From a virus (Duplodnaviria; Caudoviricetes), in the IMG/VR virus record IMGVR_UViG_3300022917_000025, positions 1-26,694 of that record: a stretch of 26,694 bases of DNA. One strand, given 5' to 3'. Positions within the stretch are counted from its first letter, which is position 1. Every line of letters begins with the position of its first letter. Positions 22,256 through 26,694 of this stretch are shown in pieces. Both the position numbers and the translations under genes were made by a program. The notes below the pieces were generated by a model. That model was not told the DNA's origin, ran no database searches, and saw nothing but the letters and a program-made list of their open reading frames with translations.

Positions 22256-23902
22256 ATGAACCCCTGCGACTGGACCACGCGTCAGACGCGTATCGTGCGT
22301 GCCTATCTCACGCTGTGGCTCACCCTGATGGTGCCGCCGGCCTTCGCCGATACGGTGACCTCGCTCCCGGTGTGGCAGCTCGTCACCGACACCACCGTTG
22401 CACAGCCGTCATATCCCGACTGCGTCGCAGCGGGCAATGCACTTCCGCCACCGGCCCGCTCGCGCACGTGGTACTGCCGCGCGAAGTTCGTCACGAAGGT
22501 GGTCGCGCCGACTCCCACGCCTGTGCCGACTCCGACGCCCACCCCAACGCCTACACCGACGCCAGTCCCTACGCCGACTCCCACGCCTAACCCAGGCGCT
22601 ACGGCGGTTCTGTACACCGACTTCGTCGCCGCCCCGTTGGGTGCGCCACTGACGGTCTGCGGGAAGAACTTCGGCAAGTCGCCGCTTGTGATGGTGGGCG
22701 GCGTGCTCGCGCCGGTCCTGCAGTCGGCCGCGAGCCTCAATCCCGGCTACGACTGCACGCGCGTGACGATCCCCGGTGGCGGACCAGTCTCCGTGAACGG
22801 CGTCGCCGGCCCGAACTTCACCGTCCAGCCGGGCGATATTCGCTACGTTGCGCCGAGCGGCAACGACTCGACGGCTGTCGCGAACGATCCGACGAAGCCG
22901 TGGAAGACCCTTCAGACCAGTTCGTCCGAAGCATCGGGGGCGTGGGGCGCGAGCAAGCCCGGCGATGTGATCGTGATTCGCGCGGGCCTTCCTGGTACAG
23001 CCGCCATGGACGGCTCACTCGTTCGAATCTGGAAGCAGGGCGGATCACCACCGACCGGCGCGAAGGGAACCGGCTACATCTCGATCACTGGCGCACCCGG
23101 CGAGGCGGTCTCCATCGCGCTGCCCAAGGGTGGCGGGTTCAACGGCGGCGGCACGGAAGCCCCCAAGGGCGCGTACGTCGCAATCTCGAATCTCTCCCTG
23201 ATCGGCAACCCGCAGGGTGCAAGCGACGGCGCGCCAATCAACCTGCAGACGAAGGGTGACGGCTGGCGTGTCGTGAACAACGACCTGTCGTGGCCGACCG
23301 CGCCGGGCGGGATGAAGGCGGGCGGAGTGGTCGGGCACGGTAAGGCCGCGCGCATCCTCGGCAACAACGTCCACGATATCGCGGGTGGTACCGAGAATCA
23401 CGGCGTCTACATCGACGGTGGCGACGGCATCGAGGTGGGCTGGAACACGATCCAGCGCGTCGTGAGCGGCAACCTGTTCCAGACATATGACGCGTGGTCG
23501 AGCGCCGGCATCACGAACCTTTCGGTGCACGACAACCTGCTCGAGCATGGTGGCCGCTACGGCCTGAATCTCTCAGAGCAGACCGTCTCTGGCACCTTCG
23601 CGCGCAACGTCATCAACGACACCGCGCTCGCCGGCCTGCGTTTCTCGATCAACAACGATCACACGATCTCATTGACGCTCACCGACAACAGCGGTGCGCT
23701 CTGGAACACGAAGGGCTCAGGCAGTTCGCGTGGCGCAGTGAACTGCGACTGGAACCTCACGAAGGGGAACGTCGTCGTCCAGAGCTCGAAGATCGGCGCT
23801 GGCGCGGGCGCTTCGGGCTACTACGACGAGCAGGGCACTTGCTCGGTCCTCAAGTTCAGTGGCGTTATCTGGTCCGGCCTCGCAGGTAAGTCGGGCCCAT
23901 AG
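22256..23902 (+). CDS. Signal-peptide protein with Pro-Thr linker, IPT/TIG-like domain and right-handed beta-helix (pectin-lyase-like fold)
   Basis: GGAG RBS; N-terminal RAYLTLWLTLMVPPAFA|D; (PT)n; LTVCGKNFG; YVAPSGNDS..PWKTLQ..KPGDVIVIRAG; repeats ILGNNVHD, VGWNTIQR, VHDNLLEH, FARNVIND. Confidence 0.85.
   Translation: MNPCDWTTRQTRIVRAYLTLWLTLMVPPAFADTVTSLPVWQLVTDTTVAQPSYPDCVAAGNALPPPARSRTWYCRAKFVTKVVAPTPTPVPTPTPTPTPTPTPVPTPTPTPNPGATAVLYTDFVAAPLGAPLTVCGKNFGKSPLVMVGGVLAPVLQSAASLNPGYDCTRVTIPGGGPVSVNGVAGPNFTVQPGDIRYVAPSGNDSTAVANDPTKPWKTLQTSSSEASGAWGASKPGDVIVIRAGLPGTAAMDGSLVRIWKQGGSPPTGAKGTGYISITGAPGEAVSIALPKGGGFNGGGTEAPKGAYVAISNLSLIGNPQGASDGAPINLQTKGDGWRVVNNDLSWPTAPGGMKAGGVVGHGKAARILGNNVHDIAGGTENHGVYIDGGDGIEVGWNTIQRVVSGNLFQTYDAWSSAGITNLSVHDNLLEHGGRYGLNLSEQTVSGTFARNVINDTALAGLRFSINNDHTISLTLTDNSGALWNTKGSGSSRGAVNCDWNLTKGNVVVQSSKIGAGAGASGYYDEQGTCSVLKFSGVIWSGLAGKSGP
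22508..22594 (+). repeat. Pro-Thr coding low-complexity repeat
   Basis: CCN-ACN hexamer repeats encoding PTPTPVPTPTPTPTPTPTPVPTPTPTPNP. Confidence 0.9.
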
Positions 23903-24634
23903 ATGGCGTTCCGTTCGGTCGCATCCAATGTGACCGCTGCGAGCAGCTTGGTCGTCACCAAGCCTGCTGGGGCTGTCCAAGACGACATCCTCATCGCCTG
24001 TAAGGTCATCGACAACACGGGTGACACGATCACCTGGCCCACGGGCTTCGTGGGGTTAACTGGTACGCCGATCACGACATCCAGTGTCGACGGCCAGCAG
24101 TTCTGGGTCGCGTACAAGATTGCAGGCGGCTCCGAGCCAGCCAATTACACGCTGCAGACTGCGAATAACGGCATCGGCTTCATCGCCGCGTACTCGGGTC
24201 GCGATCCGGTCTCTCCTATAGATCGACAGAACGTCAACAACAGCGGGTCTGGTGCGGCATCGCCGTGGACTGTGAGCATCACGCCGGGTTCGGTTACGAA
24301 CACCGGATGCGATCTGATCGTCATCTGGGGCGATGACGTAAATGGTGGGGTCGACGTGACCCACACCATGCCTTCTGTTCCCGGTACGTTCACGAGCCGC
24401 GCGGACCTGAACGGCGCGGGCGCGGCGAACTTCATGAACTGCGTGATCGGAGACCTTGAGAACTGGGGAAGTTCCGGGGCTCCGGGAGTGATCGCGGGCG
24501 TCGGCACGTCGGCTGGCCGCACGGCCGATTGGGCGGTGGCCTTCATCGCCCTCAAGCCAGCGGCCGGAGGCGGCGCGGCATCGAGCCTTATTGTTCCATC
24601 CCGCGCCAGCATGGGCGCGTTGCTTCAGATGTGA
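23903..24634 (+). CDS. Beta-rich putative virion fibre/adhesin subunit
   Basis: Gly/Thr/Ser-rich, two similar halves (TKPAGAVQDDILIA / ITPGSVTNTGCDLIVI); ends ALKPAAGGG linker plus short tail. Confidence 0.7.
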   Translation: MAFRSVASNVTAASSLVVTKPAGAVQDDILIACKVIDNTGDTITWPTGFVGLTGTPITTSSVDGQQFWVAYKIAGGSEPANYTLQTANNGIGFIAAYSGRDPVSPIDRQNVNNSGSGAASPWTVSITPGSVTNTGCDLIVIWGDDVNGGVDVTHTMPSVPGTFTSRADLNGAGAANFMNCVIGDLENWGSSGAPGVIAGVGTSAGRTADWAVAFIALKPAAGGGAASSLIVPSRASMGALLQM

Positions 24635-24641
24635 GAAAGCC

Positions 24642-24941
24642 ATGACATACGACGAGGCTGTGACCGCCGCTGCGGACACGACGTTCAAGAGCCGCGTGAA
24701 GGTGGCGCTCATCGTCGCGGCCGAGAAAATTCGGCTGGAAGATCCACGCACAACGCCCAAGTCGTTGCAGCGACTGGAATGGGCCAAGCTCGCATTCACT
24801 GAGCCGGACAGCATTCTCCAGGCACTCGTATGGGCGGTTGTGGCGCAGAACAGGACGGCGACTCTCGCCCAGGTCACGGGCGCATCGGACGCGACGATTC
24901 AGACTGCAGTGGACGCGGCCGTCTCCGCGTTCACCATCTGA
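24642..24941 (+). CDS. Helical hypothetical protein (possible assembly chaperone)
   Basis: GAGA RBS; FKSRVKVALIVAA...SDATIQTAVDA. Confidence 0.75.
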   Translation: MTYDEAVTAAADTTFKSRVKVALIVAAEKIRLEDPRTTPKSLQRLEWAKLAFTEPDSILQALVWAVVAQNRTATLAQVTGASDATIQTAVDAAVSAFTI

Positions 24942-24950
24942 GGCTGTCGG

Positions 24951-25418
24951 ATGTCCCGTCTCTACACGGTCACATTCGCGGGTGTGGCGGTCACCGCGCA
25001 GCAAGACTTCTTCGAAGTCGTCGCCGCGGCGGGCAAGAATTGCCGCATCCGCGCGCTGTACCTGTCGCAGTCCTCGGACGTAGGCGACGCCGCGGAAGAA
25101 GGTCTTTCGATCCTCCTGAAATCCGGTTCCACGACGAGTGGATCAGGCGGGTCGACACCCACGCCGGTGCCGATGAATGTGACCGACGCTGCGGCCGGCT
25201 TCACGGCAGAAGCCAACAACACGACGAAGGCGACTGCGGGCACGATCGTCACGCACCACGCAGACAACTGGAATATCCGTGTTCCCTACCAGTTGATTCT
25301 GCCGCCTGAGTTTTGCGTGGAGCTCACGGGCTCACGCCGATTTACGGTGGAGCTGGGAACGACGCCGGCCGATTCTCTGACCATCAGCGGCACGCTCTAC
25401 GTTGAGGAGTTTGGCTGA
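24951..25418 (+). CDS. Beta-rich putative structural protein
   Basis: GAGG RBS; 155 aa beta-sandwich-like; ends SGTLYVEEFG. Confidence 0.75.
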   Translation: MSRLYTVTFAGVAVTAQQDFFEVVAAAGKNCRIRALYLSQSSDVGDAAEEGLSILLKSGSTTSGSGGSTPTPVPMNVTDAAAGFTAEANNTTKATAGTIVTHHADNWNIRVPYQLILPPEFCVELTGSRRFTVELGTTPADSLTISGTLYVEEFG

Positions 25419-25421
25419 TCT

Positions 25422-26363
25422 ATGCCGTTGTTCAGGCGGCCGTGGGTTCAGCCGCCACGCACGGTTTGGATTCCAAGTGCGGTCGCTGGTAGCGATGTCA
25501 CTGCAGCCTTAAGTGGCGCTCAGGCGACGACAGCCGCTGGCACGGTAGGCCCAGCCCTTTCGATTGCGCTGACTGGCCAGGCGCTGGCCATGGCGGCCGG
25601 CACGCTTAGTCCGGCCAACTCTGTTGCACTAGCGGGATCGGCGCTCGCCAGCGCGGCCGGTACGGCTGTACCGAGCCTTGCTAAGGCGCTAAGCGGGTCG
25701 TTGCTCACCTTCGGACAGGGCAATGTCTCCGCGGGCGGCGATGTCACGCTGGCTCTCACAGGCCAGGCGCTGACGCTCGCATCAGGGACGCTGATCCCCG
25801 CGCTCAGTATCGGGCTCACGGGGCAGGTCGCTGGAAGCGTCGCTGGAAGCGTCGCTCCTGCGCTGAGCAAGGCGGTATCGGGCAGCGCGCTGGCAATCGC
25901 GAGTGGTGCGGTATCCCCCGTTGTGGCGGTCGCGCTCAGCGGATCGCTGCTGACATTTGGCCAGGGCGCCGTGAGTGCGCCGGGCAATGTCACTCTGCAA
26001 TTGACTGGACAGGTGCTCGCAGCCTCGCAAGGCGCGTTCATCCTGTCACTCACGAAGGCGATCAGTGGCAGCTCTGCATCTAGCACCACAGGATCGCTGA
26101 TTGCCTCGCCGTCGAGAGCCCTCTCAGGGCAGCAACTGACCACTGGGCAGGGACTCTTCAGTCTCTCGTTCAGCGTATCGCTGAGCGGAAGCCTTGCGAC
26201 GATCGCACAGGGCACTGTCTTTTCATCCGGGGCCGGAGCGGTTGGCGAAGTCCGCCTCAAGTACACGGCCAGCTTCGAGACATCGAGCTTCACGGCTACA
26301 TCGGATGGCGCGCATTTCACGGCGCACACAGATCCCAAAACATTCTTGGCGAAGGGCACATGA
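25422..26363 (+). CDS. Ala/Gly/Ser/Leu-rich repeat protein (putative fibre scaffold)
   Basis: GAGGAG upstream; twelve 20-21 aa repeats with consensus AL(S/T)G..L....G. Confidence 0.8.
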   Translation: MPLFRRPWVQPPRTVWIPSAVAGSDVTAALSGAQATTAAGTVGPALSIALTGQALAMAAGTLSPANSVALAGSALASAAGTAVPSLAKALSGSLLTFGQGNVSAGGDVTLALTGQALTLASGTLIPALSIGLTGQVAGSVAGSVAPALSKAVSGSALAIASGAVSPVVAVALSGSLLTFGQGAVSAPGNVTLQLTGQVLAASQGAFILSLTKAISGSSASSTTGSLIASPSRALSGQQLTTGQGLFSLSFSVSLSGSLATIAQGTVFSSGAGAVGEVRLKYTASFETSSFTATSDGAHFTAHTDPKTFLAKGT

Positions 26364-26626
26364 CCGATCAACTCATCTTCACCAAGCACGGAATGCTTCC
26401 GAGCGGCCTGCTCGATGTTCATGACATCGTCGAGTGGCACGACAATTTCCGTGTCACGGCGACCGAATGGCGGCTCAAGGCGGACTACCCGCATTTTCAG
26501 GGGCTCGATTCCGATTCGAAAGAGCCACGCTATCTCGTGATCCCAGCCGGCGAGATCGTCCGTCGCGACGTGAATGCCAATTGCCTGCGCGGACTCGAGA
26601 TGTCCGGTACGCAGGCTACCCTGTAG
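26360..26626 (+). CDS. Hypothetical protein
   Basis: ATGA overlap; LIFTKHG...WHDNFRVTATEW...GEIVRRDVNA. Confidence 0.7.
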   Translation: MTDQLIFTKHGMLPSGLLDVHDIVEWHDNFRVTATEWRLKADYPHFQGLDSDSKEPRYLVIPAGEIVRRDVNANCLRGLEMSGTQATL

Positions 26627-26636
26627 GAGAACGGCC

Positions 26637-26694
26637 TTGGCCAACACGCAAGCGATCTGCAACAGCTTCAAGACCGAGCTGTTCAAAGATCGGA
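26637..26694 (+). CDS. 5' fragment of probable structural/fibre protein (3' partial)
   Basis: AGGAGA RBS and TTG start: MANTQAICNSFKTELFK..., resembling an N-terminus I recall from phage structural clusters. Confidence 0.6.
   Translation, partial: MANTQAICNSFKTELFKDR

Noticed and set aside
22506-22594. CRISPR-like or DGR repeat
   Set aside because: Repeats are Pro-Thr codons without spacers; no cas or reverse transcriptase gene in the window
25520-26686. 388-aa minus-strand ORF
   Set aside because: Antisense shadow of the repeat gene and its neighbours; no RBS context or domain

Overview
The window is about 26.7 kb of a GC-rich temperate, lambdoid-organised tailed phage of a probably Gram-negative host. 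It appears to be in excised or virion configuration, because attP is intact and flanked by phage genes on both sides. Left to right: the end of a tail-fibre-like gene; a 10-gene lysis region (T4-type lysozyme, holin, lipoprotein, several membrane proteins and a stand-alone FixL-like PAS protein); attP matching the 3' end of tmRNA, with 20-bp arm repeats, an IHF-like site and a near-perfect parS site; int/xis; a long, translationally coupled leftward early operon (ERF, YqaJ exonuclease, DUF1364, DUF1367, DUF551, methyltransferase, HNH, a candidate Acb2/Tad1-like protein, many small ORFs); an immunity region (PL, PR, four operators, XRE repressor without peptidase domain, Cro, CII-like); a reverse-oriented moron; replication genes (initiator with iterons, DnaB); DUF1064 nuclease and a Q-like antiterminator; a structured late leader with two terminators; and a late operon that opens with a signal-peptide beta-helix protein and a fibre-like module rather than terminase. 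The most notable candidate new system is a heme-type PAS sensor embedded in the lysis cassette. All family assignments come from motif recognition by eye; no database searches were run.
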